60,592 bases of DNA from Acidilobaceae archaeon (GCA_026985435.1 JALSQL010000012.1:1-60592), one strand, 5' to 3'; counted from the stretch's first letter, positions 24,689-34,634 are shown. Program-made: numbers and translations. The notes: a model not told the origin generated them from the sequence alone.

Positions 24689-27481
24689 TTGAGGTCCCCC
24701 AGCGGCGCTGGGCTGGGTGTACGGCGCTTGGCCCAGGCGGACAGCAGGGAGTACGCCCTCGAGTTCTTCCGCGAGGAGGGCTTCGAGCGGAGGAGGTGCA
24801 GGGTCGGCGGCGAGTACTTCTGGACCCTCAACCCGGACTTCGACACCTGCCAGGACGCGCCCTGCGTGGAGTACTGGTTCGACCGCATACGCTCCCGGGG
24901 CCCCATGAGCGTGGGCGACGCTAGGAGGGCGTTCATAGGCTTCTTCCAGAGGCACGGCCACGAGCCCGTGGAGCCCAGGCCCGTCGTGGCGAGGTGGAGG
25001 GAGGACCTGTACCTCACGATAGCGAGTATAGTGGTGTTCCAGCCCCACGTGACCAGCGGCCTGGTGCCCCCGCCCGCGAACCCGCTGGTCATAAGCCAGC
25101 CCAGCGTCAGGCTCGAGGATATAGACAACGTCGGCCTCACCATAGGGAGGCACCTGACGTCCTTCGAGATGGCCGCCCACCACGCCTTCAACTACCCAGA
25201 CAAGAGGGTCTACTGGAAGGAGGAGACGGCCCGCTACGCCTTCGAGTTCTTCACCCGGGAGGTCGGCATCCCGCCCGAGATGATAGTATTCAAGGAGAGC
25301 TGGTGGGAGGGCGGCGGAAACGCGGGGCCCAGCTTCGAGGTCGCCGTGGGGGGCCTGGAGCTCGCCACCCTAGTCTTCATGCAGTACAAGGTGGCCGACG
25401 GCAGGTACGAGCCCATACCGCTCCGCATCGTGGACACCGGCTACGGGGTTGAGAGGATAGCGTGGTTCACACAGAAGACCCCCACGGCCTTCCATGCCAT
25501 ATACGGCGACCTCCTCGGCAGGTTCCGCAGCCTACTCGGCGTGGAGGAGCCCCCCGAGGATCTTATGTGGGCGGCCTTCAGGGCCGCCGGGCGCCTGGAC
25601 CCCGAGGACCCCGAGAGCCTCCAGGCCTACTATACCAGGGTGGCCAGGGCCTCCGGCATGGACGTCGAGGAGGCCCGGGCGGTGCTGGAGAGGGAGGCCA
25701 GGCTCTACAGCGTGCTAGACCACACCAAGACCATAGCCCTGATGCTGGCCGACGGCGTGGTGCCCAGCAATACTGGCGAGGGCTACCTGGCCAGGCTGGT
25801 CATAAGGAGGGCTCTCAGGCAGATGAGGCTCCTGGGAGCCGACGTCGACCTGGCCAGCCTCGTCGACCTCCAGATAGGGTTCTGGGCGGGCGACTTCCCC
25901 CGGATGCGGGAGGAGAGGAGCTACATACTCGACGCCGTCTCCCTGGAGGAGAGGAGGTTCCGTGAGACTCTCGAGAAGGGCGCCCGGCTCCTCGCCCAGC
26001 TACTGAAGCGCAAGAGGACCCTAACGCTCGACGACCTGATAACACTCTACGACAGCCACGGCGTCCCGCCCGAGGTCGTGGCAGAGGAGGCGGCCAGGCG
26101 GGGGGTCAAGGTTGAGGTCCCCCACAACTTCTACAGCATAGTCGCAGCCAGGCATAAGGCGCCGGAGCGCGTGAGAGCCATCGGCGAGAGGCCCGAGCTG
26201 CCAGACCACGTGGCCAGGGCCGTGGCCGGCCTGCCCGAGACGAGGAGGCTCTTCCACGAGGACCCCTACATGCGCCGGTTCAGGGCGCGCGTGGTGGCGG
26301 TGGTCGACGGCAGGTACCTGGTCCTCGACGCCACCGCATTCTACCCGAAGGGCGGAGGCCAGGACTACGACATTGGCGTCGTCAGGGGGCCCTGGGGCGA
26401 GGCCCGCGTCGTCGAGACGCACAAGGTCGGCGGTGTCATAGTGCACGTCCTCGACAGGCCCGTCGAGGCCTCCAGGGGCGACCAGGTCGAGGGCGAGATA
26501 GACTGGGTGAGGCGGTACAGGCTCATGAGGCACCACACGGCCACCCACATAGTGCTGGGGGCGGCCAGGAGGGTGCTCGGGAACCACGTCTGGCAGGCTG
26601 GCGCCGAGAAGACCGTGGAGAAGGCCAGGCTCGACATAACCCACCACAGGCCCCTCACCAGGGAGGAGATCCGGAGGATAGAGGAGCTGGCCAACAGGGT
26701 GGTCGACGAGAGGAGGCGCGTCCGGGCGGTGGTCATGGACAGGAACGAGGCCGAGAGGAGGTACGGGTTCCGGATCTACCAGGGCGGGGTCCCCATGGAG
26801 CCCAAGATAAGGATCCTCGAGGTCGAGGACTGGGACGTCGAGGCTTGCTTCGGCACCCACCTGGCTAACACCGGCGAGGCCGGGGCCATCAAGATAGTGA
26901 GGGCCGAGAGGATCCAGGACGGGGTCGTGAGGCTAGAGTACGTGGCGGCGACGAGGGTGGCGGAGGAGGCTGCCAGGCTCGAGGGCATACTCTCCGAGGC
27001 CGCCAGGCTGGCTGGGGGCGACCCGGAGTCGCTGCCCAGGCGCCTCTCGGGGCTCCTGGAGGAGGAGAGGAGGCTGAGGGAGAGCCTCCGCAGGTACCGC
27101 AGCCTGCTCCTCGACGCCCTCGATGCTAGGGCTGCCACGGCCAGGGAGGTGGACGGCCTGAAGACGCTAGCCTTCGAAATGCCGGAGCCCGACAGGAAGG
27201 CTGCCCAGGAGGTGCTCAGGAGGCTCACCAGCAGGCACCCAGAGCTGGTGGCAGCCGCCCTCATAGACTCTGGGGACGGCCTGCAGGTTGAGATCGCAGC
27301 CGGCAGCACGGCCGCCGGGAGGGTCGACCTGGGAGCCGTCGCCAGGGAGCTGGCGGCGCGCCTAGGCGGCAGGGGGGGCGGCCGCGGGCCGAGGGCCAGC
27401 CTCAGGCTCCCACGGGAGGCCCGCTCCAGGCTTGAGGAGGAGCTCGCCGCCGTGCTGGGCGAGGCCCTGAAGGGGAGCTAG
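24689..27481 (+). CDS. alaS: Alanyl-tRNA synthetase (archaeal type)
   Basis: 930 aa. EYALEFFREEGFERRRC...EYFWT N-terminus, editing-domain HHTATH and CFGTH motifs. The start could instead be TTG at 24728. Confidence 0.95.
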   Translation: MRSPSGAGLGVRRLAQADSREYALEFFREEGFERRRCRVGGEYFWTLNPDFDTCQDAPCVEYWFDRIRSRGPMSVGDARRAFIGFFQRHGHEPVEPRPVVARWREDLYLTIASIVVFQPHVTSGLVPPPANPLVISQPSVRLEDIDNVGLTIGRHLTSFEMAAHHAFNYPDKRVYWKEETARYAFEFFTREVGIPPEMIVFKESWWEGGGNAGPSFEVAVGGLELATLVFMQYKVADGRYEPIPLRIVDTGYGVERIAWFTQKTPTAFHAIYGDLLGRFRSLLGVEEPPEDLMWAAFRAAGRLDPEDPESLQAYYTRVARASGMDVEEARAVLEREARLYSVLDHTKTIALMLADGVVPSNTGEGYLARLVIRRALRQMRLLGADVDLASLVDLQIGFWAGDFPRMREERSYILDAVSLEERRFRETLEKGARLLAQLLKRKRTLTLDDLITLYDSHGVPPEVVAEEAARRGVKVEVPHNFYSIVAARHKAPERVRAIGERPELPDHVARAVAGLPETRRLFHEDPYMRRFRARVVAVVDGRYLVLDATAFYPKGGGQDYDIGVVRGPWGEARVVETHKVGGVIVHVLDRPVEASRGDQVEGEIDWVRRYRLMRHHTATHIVLGAARRVLGNHVWQAGAEKTVEKARLDITHHRPLTREEIRRIEELANRVVDERRRVRAVVMDRNEAERRYGFRIYQGGVPMEPKIRILEVEDWDVEACFGTHLANTGEAGAIKIVRAERIQDGVVRLEYVAATRVAEEAARLEGILSEAARLAGGDPESLPRRLSGLLEEERRLRESLRRYRSLLLDALDARAATAREVDGLKTLAFEMPEPDRKAAQEVLRRLTSRHPELVAAALIDSGDGLQVEIAAGSTAAGRVDLGAVARELAARLGGRGGGRGPRASLRLPREARSRLEEELAAVLGEALKGS

Positions 27482-27521
27482 GGTAGAACATATTCACCTC
27501 GGAGCACCCGGGAATAGTGGG

Positions 27522-29620
27522 GTGCCCCGCGTAGCGCCAGCAAGGGCCCGGCTAGCGCTCGCCTTGCCCCTCGCAGCCCTCCTAGTAGCACTAGCCGCTC
27601 CGGCCCCCCACCTGGGGGCGGCTGGCGGCCGCCTGCAGCCCGGGCAGCCCAGCCCGCTGGAGGCTACGTGACAGAACCTAACCTGGTGCCCCTGCAGGCT
27701 TCTAGGCCTCGGGGGGTGGGCCTCCTCAGCGTACATCGGCGGCGGCGCTGTGGCGCTCCTCAACACCAGCGGCTCCACGGTGCTCGTAGCCTCCGGCCAC
27801 TCGGGCGACGGGCAGATACGCCTGGAGGCCCCCAAGCCGTGGACGCTCTACGTGCACGTCAGGGCATCGGGGGCCCTCCAGGGCTTCTACCGCGACACCA
27901 CCCTAGCCGTGGACACGCGGGGCTCCAACAGCGGCATCACCCTCCACCTGGAGAGGGCCACGGGCAAGGTCAGGGTGACGCCGACCGACTCCCTCACTGG
28001 CAAGAGCGTGGCGGGGGCCAGCATAGTCTTCCTTGGCCCGGTCAACTCGACACTGGAGCCCGGCGTGGACTACGAGCTCCCCTGGGGCTACTACACGGTG
28101 GCCGTGACGGCGCCCTACTACGAGGCCTACACCACCACAGTCTACCTGCAGCCGGGCGCCCTCGTGCAGGTCAACGCTAGCCTCGATAGGGTCCGAGTCC
28201 CCGTCACCCTCACCGTCGTGGACGGTGACTCCGGCTGCCCGCCAGCGTCTACAGTCACAGCCACGGCATTCTCGGGCGAGTCTGGCGACGCCCAGACGGC
28301 CTCCGGGGCTGGAAACCTCACGCTGGCGCTGCGCGTCGACGAGGAGTACACAGTCACAATCAGCACCCCCGGCTACCGTGAGGTCACCCTAAACGTCAAG
28401 CCGGGGGAGTCCCCCGGCTAGCCTCACCGTGACGCTCCACAGGCTACTCGTCACCGTCAGGGTTGAGGTGAGGGATGGAGCCACGGGCGCCTACGTCACC
28501 GGCCCCTCATCTCGCTCCAGGGCCAGACAGGCTCGTACTCCTCTCAAACCGGGCCCGACGGGGTGGCTGTACTCCAGGCGCCCTGGGGGTCCTACACCCT
28601 CCAGGCCACGGCCAGCGCATACGAGAACTACACGGCACCACTCACGATACCATCGCCTGGAGAAGCCAGCGGCACCCTAGAGGCCAACCTCACCCTGGAG
28701 ATGCACGCGACGACCCTGCTCATGAGGGTTGTCGACAGCGAGACCGGCATCCCAATACCGGCCAAGGCCACGGTAACCTCCAGCGAAATACCCTACGAGG
28801 CCACGGTCGACACACCACCCGAGGGAGGCACCCAACTAAGGATCACCTCGGGTAGATACGTCATTCACGTCGTGGCCCCCGGCTTCGAGCCAAAGAACGT
28901 CACCATAGACGTTACGGGCAACACCTACACCATAAACATATCCAGGAAACTCTCTAGGGTGACAATGAGCCTCGTAGACTCTATAACCGGCGCCCTGGTT
29001 CCCGTGTCAATAACTGTGTCAGGCCCCCTCTACCAGACCCTGGGCCTGGGCAATACTACAATACTAGCGGCGAGTGGAGCCGCACAGCTCGTACTGCTAC
29101 AAGGGATAACTTATACTATCTCAATAACCCCCTCAAATCATACTACTACCCAAGAACCATCCAGGTCACACCTAGAAACTCCTCAATGAGCCTGCAGGTG
29201 GCACTATCGCGGATACCCGTCGAGGCCACCTTCATTGTAGTCGACGGCAACGGCGAGATGGTAAAGGATGCCTATGTAGTCCTAAAGCTCTCCCAGTATT
29301 ATACGACAAGCGCCGAGCCGAGCAAGCCTGCATACGTGCTGGCAGGCAGGTATAGTGTTCAGGTAGTCTGCAAGGGCTCCATAATCCTCTACCCTGCCCC
29401 CGTTGACGTGAGGGAGTCAGGCGTCTACAGGATAGTCATAAACCCAAGCATGCTATAACGCCTCATCCACGACTGGCTATCCTACATAGCGGTGATCGTT
29501 ATTGCTGCAACCACCTCCCTAACGCTTGTCTACCAAGCCTACAAACACTACGCGGCCGCTCGCGAGGATCTGGAAAGTCTAAATCCTGAGAGACGGCAAG
29601 CCTCGAATGCCCCCACCTAG
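27522..29620 (+). pseudogene. Decayed gene for a secreted, C-terminally anchored protein of tandem CarboxypepD_reg-like beta-sandwich domains
   Basis: A signal peptide (GTG 27522; LALALPLAALLVALAAPAP) is followed by about eight repeats of the G-x-Y-T-(L/V) beta-sandwich pattern, spread over three reading frames. In-frame TGA at 27669 and TAA at 29456. Frame changes at C-runs 28411-28415, 28503-28506 and 29128-29132. A terminal TM anchor LSYIAVIVIAATTSLTLVY lies after the TAA. Confidence 0.6.
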
Positions 29621-29708
29621 CCGCCCGTGATCTACCCCCTGAACACACAAACACACAACTAGCCCTATATGCCTCCAGCAGGGGATAACTCCTAAACCCC
29701 ATCTCAAG

Positions 29709-30044
29709 CTAGGATCGTGTCACCTCATACCGGTGCTCCGAGCCGAACTCCCCTTCCCTGCCCGGCCTATACTCTGCAAGCCTAGCCTTCCAGGTGCGTC
29801 CATACGTCAATTCTAGTATCTCCTCTATAATGCCGGATGTGAGGGGGTCCACGTAGCCCGAGCCACTCACTCTGGGCGGCCTCAGCCAATAGCCGTAGAG
29901 TTTGATCCTGGCGCTGCCGACGTTTCTACCCCCACCTTCGAAGTCTAGCCTGTAGCCAGTGGCCCACCCGGCAGCAAGCATTGCCTTGAGTGCCTCTTCA
30001 ATATTCCCTTTAGAGTCTTCCTCCCCAGCGCCCCCCTCCCTCAT
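29709..30044 (-). CDS. Hypothetical protein
   Basis: 111-aa ORF in the low-GC island, 84 nt downstream of the ACT-domain gene and in the same frame (separated by a TAG-TAG double stop). No motif recognised. Confidence 0.35.
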   Translation of the reverse strand: MREGGAGEEDSKGNIEEALKAMLAAGWATGYRLDFEGGGRNVGSARIKLYGYWLRPPRVSGSGYVDPLTSGIIEEILELTYGRTWKARLAEYRPGREGEFGSEHRYEVTRS

Positions 30045-30128
30045 CGATAACAGCGTGTGGGCGAATGTGCAGAGGTACCCCCTATGAATCGGCCTAGCAT
30101 GTAGAGGGCCTGGAGTGCTAGGGGCCTA

Positions 30129-30622
30129 CTAGTGGAGGGGAATGTCCAGTACAGCGTGTCCACTTATATATTGGAGTGTTGCGGACCTTATAATTAGGGC
30201 CCTGGCGGACCCGTGCCTAGCAGAGGTGGTCAGCGCTCCAAGAGCTGGTGCCACCGCTATCGAGGGGCCCTCGTATGGCCCGTATACCTCTGGTTCGCCT
30301 ATGACACCCTCGGTATCCCTTAGCAACCTCGCCAATAGCTCCCTGACCCCCCAAGGTTCCCAGCCCGAAATGCTACAAATACTACAACACGCCCCCTGGG
30401 AGCGGCCTCCTCGGGGATCCTGTAACCTAGAAGCTTCACGACATTACCTCCCAGCTCGTAGACGCGCTCCAGGATATTCTTTAGGACGCCCGGTTTGTCC
30501 TCCACCATAATATCCAGATATCCAGTATGAAAGCCGCCTCCCCTGGGTAAACGGGCACCGCCGGCGTGACGTCCAGCGGCTCCAAAGGCCTTCCTCCACG
30601 TTCTCCGTCCACCTTCTCCCAT
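30129..30622 (-). pseudogene. ACT-domain protein gene interrupted by a frameshift in a C6/G6 run
   Basis: ORF 30320-30622 encodes an ACT-like beta-alpha-beta unit (LDIMVEDKPGVLKNILERVYELGGNVV...RVVVFVAF). The sense continues in another frame as ELLARLLRDTEGVIGEPEV (ORF 30129-30335). The switch maps to cccccc at 30347-30352. Confidence 0.45.
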
Positions 30623-30814
30623 CCGTTTATCTCGAGGCTTACTTTAGGGGTATTTGAGCTTCTCCTAAGCCTACCACCTTCTCGTCTGTTGCTTCCTTTA
30701 GCTAACATCTAAAAGCCACCCTACCCCAGGGTTGGACAGAGGGCCATAGACCTAAAGGGGGGCCTCCACCTCTCACAAGGCCCACTAGCACCCTCCCCAG
30801 GAGGTGCATAGCAC

Positions 30815-31312
30815 GTGGGCGAAGATTCGGGATTAATGGTATCCAGAACCGCCGTGCTGGCCTGGGCTGGCCCCTTACTCGTATCGGCGGCCCTGCCAGG
30901 CTTGGAGGCCGATGTGGGGATAGTCCGGCTCGTGGGTGAGGCCCTCGAGGGCTCCAGCCTCCCGGTCGGCGACCCTCTCCGGGCTGCGAGGGTGCTGGCC
31001 GCCCTGTATGGCGGGGTGATCCTGTCATACAACCTGGACGGCCTGCTGGTCCCCCTCTCGAGGGCCCTCCCAGACTGGCCGGTGCGGGTTGTAGACGGCC
31101 GCCCGTGCGAGCCTACTGTGCTGGGGGTGGACGAGCTCCTGCGCGCCTGGGCCCTCCTACTGCGGGGGGAGGGTGGCGCTCTCGAGCGCTTGGGGCGCTG
31201 CAGCGTGGCCCCGGAGGGCCTCGCGCTCGCTGTTGGGGAGGGCGAGCTCCTCCCCCCGGTGGGCTTCGTGTCTACCCCTGAATCGCGGCAACGTGGCCCC
31301 GAGGACGGATAG
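30815..31312 (+). CDS. Hypothetical protein
   Basis: 165-aa ORF with GC3-rich codon usage like the neighbouring genes. No recognisable motif. Confidence 0.3.
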   Translation: MGEDSGLMVSRTAVLAWAGPLLVSAALPGLEADVGIVRLVGEALEGSSLPVGDPLRAARVLAALYGGVILSYNLDGLLVPLSRALPDWPVRVVDGRPCEPTVLGVDELLRAWALLLRGEGGALERLGRCSVAPEGLALAVGEGELLPPVGFVSTPESRQRGPEDG

Positions 31313-31377
31313 TAGTAAACGCCGGGATGGCCGCCGGGCCGGGCCCAGCGTGGCGTTTGCCCGGGGGGCTTGGGGGG

Positions 31378-31578
31378 TCAGCCTCTAGAGTAGACTATGG
31401 ATGCCGCGGCGAGCGTTCCCACCGCCGCCAGGGAGACCGCTGCTAGAAGCCGTAGCACCGCTAGCACGAGCTTCTCGTCGTCCGCCAGGATGAGTAGCGC
31501 CGCCAGCCCCCAGGTTATGGCTAGGACTGCCAGGGCGGCTAGCAGCTCGCGCGGCCTAGGCTGGGCCAGGGTGGCCAC
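31378..31578 (-). CDS. Small two-TM membrane protein
   Basis: 66 aa with two hydrophobic helices. Begins 14 nt after the speE stop on the same strand. Confidence 0.35.
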   Translation of the reverse strand: MATLAQPRPRELLAALAVLAITWGLAALLILADDEKLVLAVLRLLAAVSLAAVGTLAAASIVYSRG

Positions 31579-31592
31579 CCCCCGGGAACACG

Positions 31593-32513
31593 CTAGACCG
31601 GCACGTAGACGGGGTTGTCGAGCGTGGCCACCCTCTTCTCCCTCGCCAGGATGTCGCGGGCGTAGCGGGGTAGGCTGAACATTCTCGCGTGGCTCTCGGG
31701 GTCGTAGAACCGGTTCTCCCCCTCGACGAGGCCCGGGAGGGCCTCGCCCACTCTCTCCGGTGTAAGTGTGGCCGGGTCCTTGTCGTCGCTAGCTATGACG
31801 AAGCTCCACTCGTCGTCGAAGCTCTTTATGAATACCGTGTAGCTGGCCACGTGCTTGAAAACGCTGGCTATAGTATTCCTTATGATGGCGTGGGTTGATA
31901 TGTCGTAGGACAGGCTCGTGGCCTGGGTCACGAACACGCCCCCGCTCCTCAGGATGGTCTTGGCCTTCTCGTAGAACTCCCTCACGTAGAGCTTGTACGC
32001 CGGCCCGCCCTCCGTGGGGTCTGCCAGGTCGGCTATCACCACGTCGAAGCCCTCCCCCCTCCTCGAGGCCTCCTCCACGTACTCCAGGCCATCGCCTATC
32101 ACGAGGTTGAGCCTCGGGTCCCCGAAGGCGCCCCGGTGCCATTCCGGCAGGTACCGCTTGGAGGCCTCGATCACCTCCCTGTCAATGTCGACCATCACAA
32201 CCTCCTCCACCGTACGGAACCTTAGAACCTCCCTGGCCGTCGCCCCCTCGCCTCCGCCGAGTATGAGGACCCTCCTAGGCGAGCCGTGGAGTATCATGGC
32301 TGGGTGGACCAGGGCCTCGTGGTAGACGTGCTCGTCGAGCTCGGCGCTCTGTATCTTACCGTCCAGGATCAGGGCCTTGCCCAGAGGGTCGAGAACCGCC
32401 ACCTCTATATCTTGGTATGGGCTGCGGCAGTGGCATATAAGCTCCCTCTTATGGAAGAGGTGGCCGCTTCCAGGTAGCTCCCACTCAACATACCAGTTCC
32501 ACAGGGGCTCCAC
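31593..32513 (-). CDS. speE: Spermidine synthase / polyamine aminopropyltransferase
   Basis: YQDIEV, YHEALVHP, VLILGGGEGATAREVL, VDID and ADLADP motifs. TATA-like tatttatc about 45 nt upstream on the minus strand. Confidence 0.9.
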   Translation of the reverse strand: MEPLWNWYVEWELPGSGHLFHKRELICHCRSPYQDIEVAVLDPLGKALILDGKIQSAELDEHVYHEALVHPAMILHGSPRRVLILGGGEGATAREVLRFRTVEEVVMVDIDREVIEASKRYLPEWHRGAFGDPRLNLVIGDGLEYVEEASRRGEGFDVVIADLADPTEGGPAYKLYVREFYEKAKTILRSGGVFVTQATSLSYDISTHAIIRNTIASVFKHVASYTVFIKSFDDEWSFVIASDDKDPATLTPERVGEALPGLVEGENRFYDPESHARMFSLPRYARDILAREKRVATLDNPVYVPV

Positions 32514-32698
32514 TGCAAGTCCACCCCTCAGGCCTCGGCTGGGGAGTCCAGCCCGGGCATGATAAATACGCCCGACCCCCCGAGTGTATCACGGCAGGCA
32601 TACCTCCTTTCCCCCGCCAACTCCACCCTACAACCCAGGGTATCCAGGGGCCAGCCGTAGCTGGCAGACTAGACAACCCCGGGCGAGGGTGGCTAGGG

Positions 32699-32980
32699 TT
32701 GCGTGCCGGGCTGTGGGTGCTTGAGAGGCTCCGGCCTGCGGCGCTGGTTGTCGCCGCCGAGAGGCTGGCGGGGTGCCGGGGGGTGGAGTGCGCCCGCCGC
32801 GGCCTCGCCCTGATAGCGGCGAGGGCCCCCGACGGGTGGGTGAAGAGGAACGCCGAGTGGCTCCTAGCCCGCCCCGAGGCCCTGGCCCAGGCGGCCCGCC
32901 AGGCCCGCATGAACGGCGGCCCGCCCGAGAGCCTCGTAGGGGAGATACTGGCTAGGCTGGGCGAGGATAGTGAGGGCTAG
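32699..32980 (+). CDS. Hypothetical protein
   Basis: 93-aa Ala/Arg-rich ORF. Coding status is uncertain in this GC-rich context. Confidence 0.25.
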   Translation: MRAGLWVLERLRPAALVVAAERLAGCRGVECARRGLALIAARAPDGWVKRNAEWLLARPEALAQAARQARMNGGPPESLVGEILARLGEDSEG

Positions 32981-34539
32981 CATGCGGAGGCCGCCCTCTC
33001 TGCGTGCCTCGCTATCCACTCCGCCACCTCACCCCTAATCCTTTCAGCGTACCTGTACGCCTCCCTGTGCTCCCTCTCCTCGTGGGAGTAGGCGTACACG
33101 TACGGCAGGGGCATCGAGGCCGTCCTGAGGGTGCTCTCCAGGTAGAAGCTGTAGAGGCCCCCGGGGAGCGTTGGGAGGCTCGACCCGCCGATCCTCTCGG
33201 TCAGGGAGTCCTGGTGGACCCCCTCCACCCCGGCTATCACCCTGAAGAGCTCCTCCACTATACGCTCCTTCCCGAGCCTGTCCATGGCCTGCTCTATGGC
33301 GCAGCCAGCCCTCTCCACGCCCACCCTCTCCACGACCCTTGCCACTATCCTGTCGGGCCTCTTGATCAGGCTGATGGGCAGCAGGTCCCTCGAATCCCCC
33401 AGGGCCCTCGCCCACCTGGCCCGCTGGCCGCCCAGCCTGGCGAGGCCCCTAACCATTAGGTTGAACTCGCTGTCATCCCAGTACATGCACCCGGACCCTA
33501 TGCGGCCCGCTAGCACGTCTGGGTTCAGGAAGTCCTCCGGCCTGCCCACGCAGGCCAGCAGGTGCTGAGGGAGCACCTCCCGCCAGCTCCCGAAGAGGAG
33601 CGACACCACCTGGCGGAGGGCCACCGAGAGGCCGACAACCTTGTGGTGGAGGTACACGCTCCTGTACATCTTGAACCTGGCGTCGTACAGGTCCTCTATG
33701 GCCGGTATACTCTTCGGCCCATAGACCACCGAGAAGCCGTCGCCGCTCCGCTCGAGGCGTATATCATGGATCAGCCTCTCGAGGTCTATGAAGCCGAAGA
33801 CCACACCCGTGTTGTGAGCGTCCCTAATCAGGTAGTCCACCCTGTCGGCGTCGGCGAACCTATGCGATATTATCTGACCCACAACCCCGACCGCCGCCTC
33901 CTCGAGGCCCAGGTCGTCCAGCGTCTGCCTGGCCCTGCCAGTGAGGTCCACGCCGAACACTGCGGCCGCCGCGGCCTCGACCAGGCCCGCAGCCTCCTCA
34001 CCGTTAACCCCCCTGGGGGGCTCCCGCGAGAGCCGCCTGGCCAGTGCGAGGGAGAACCTGCTCCCCACAAACTCGTGGTACTTCCCCACCCTACCCCAGT
34101 CCACCCGCGGCACCTTTGACGGGTCTAGCGAGAAGTCCTCCGGGTTCCTCACGGCGTTCTCGAGCGGCCTCTCGAGCGTGTGGCTGTAGGGGGGGTGCCC
34201 TATGTCATGTATCAACCCGGCCACCCTCGCCAGCTCGACGAAAGCCTCGGGCCCCGGCTTCTTGTTGACAAGGTAGCCGAGCCCGCCGGAGGCCAGCACC
34301 CTCTCCGCTATCCTACTGGCAACGTGCATCACGCCGAGGGTGTGCTCGAACCTGCTGTGCTTTGCCGATGGGAAGACTAGGTACACATAGCCCAGCTGCC
34401 TGACCTCGTGGAGCCTCCTGAAGAATGGCGTCTGGAGTATCGCGTACTCCACCTCGTTGACTGGTATGAACCTGTGCACCGAGTCGAGGAATACCGCCTT
34501 GTACTTGTACAGCGCAATGCGCTCGCCAGCCGCTGCCAC
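32977..34539 (-). CDS. HD-domain phosphohydrolase (dGTPase/SAMHD1-like dNTP triphosphohydrolase family)
   Basis: HSRFEHTLGVMHVA, LIHDIGHPPYSH and DADRVDYLIRD motifs. GTG at 34539 is preferred because the upstream ORF extension (to 34650) runs into the divergent promoter. Confidence 0.8.
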   Translation of the reverse strand: MAAAGERIALYKYKAVFLDSVHRFIPVNEVEYAILQTPFFRRLHEVRQLGYVYLVFPSAKHSRFEHTLGVMHVASRIAERVLASGGLGYLVNKKPGPEAFVELARVAGLIHDIGHPPYSHTLERPLENAVRNPEDFSLDPSKVPRVDWGRVGKYHEFVGSRFSLALARRLSREPPRGVNGEEAAGLVEAAAAAVFGVDLTGRARQTLDDLGLEEAAVGVVGQIISHRFADADRVDYLIRDAHNTGVVFGFIDLERLIHDIRLERSGDGFSVVYGPKSIPAIEDLYDARFKMYRSVYLHHKVVGLSVALRQVVSLLFGSWREVLPQHLLACVGRPEDFLNPDVLAGRIGSGCMYWDDSEFNLMVRGLARLGGQRARWARALGDSRDLLPISLIKRPDRIVARVVERVGVERAGCAIEQAMDRLGKERIVEELFRVIAGVEGVHQDSLTERIGGSSLPTLPGGLYSFYLESTLRTASMPLPYVYAYSHEEREHREAYRYAERIRGEVAEWIARHAERAASAC

Positions 34540-34634
34540 ATCGCAACACCCGCCTACCCAGCGGGCCTCCAGGAAGATGCAAGTATTACCCGGCCTTAAA
34601 TGTCTCCCGCGAGCGCCGCCGAGCCCACGGCGGG

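Noticed and set aside
24575-26860. Antisense ORFs of 191-279 aa inside alaS
   Set aside because: They lie opposite a 930-aa ORF with unmistakable AlaRS motifs. Their composition (P/G/R/H/V runs) is non-protein-like.
27669-27671. In-frame TGA in the surface-protein gene as selenocysteine or programmed readthrough
   Set aside because: No SECIS-like context was seen and no Sec machinery is expected in this lineage. The same gene carries several other frameshifts and a TAA, so decay is the simpler explanation.
30700-31032. Two ~105-aa minus-strand ORFs (30702-31028, 30721-31032)
   Set aside because: They overlap each other in different frames and have Pro/Arg/Gly-rich translations. They lie opposite the start of the plus-strand ORF 30815-31312, and none has a recognisable motif.
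32485-32910. 141-aa minus-strand ORF in the speE upstream region
   Set aside because: The Arg/Ser/Ala/Pro-rich translation has no structure-like pattern, and it overlaps the speE promoter and the plus-strand 93-aa ORF. It is probably non-coding.
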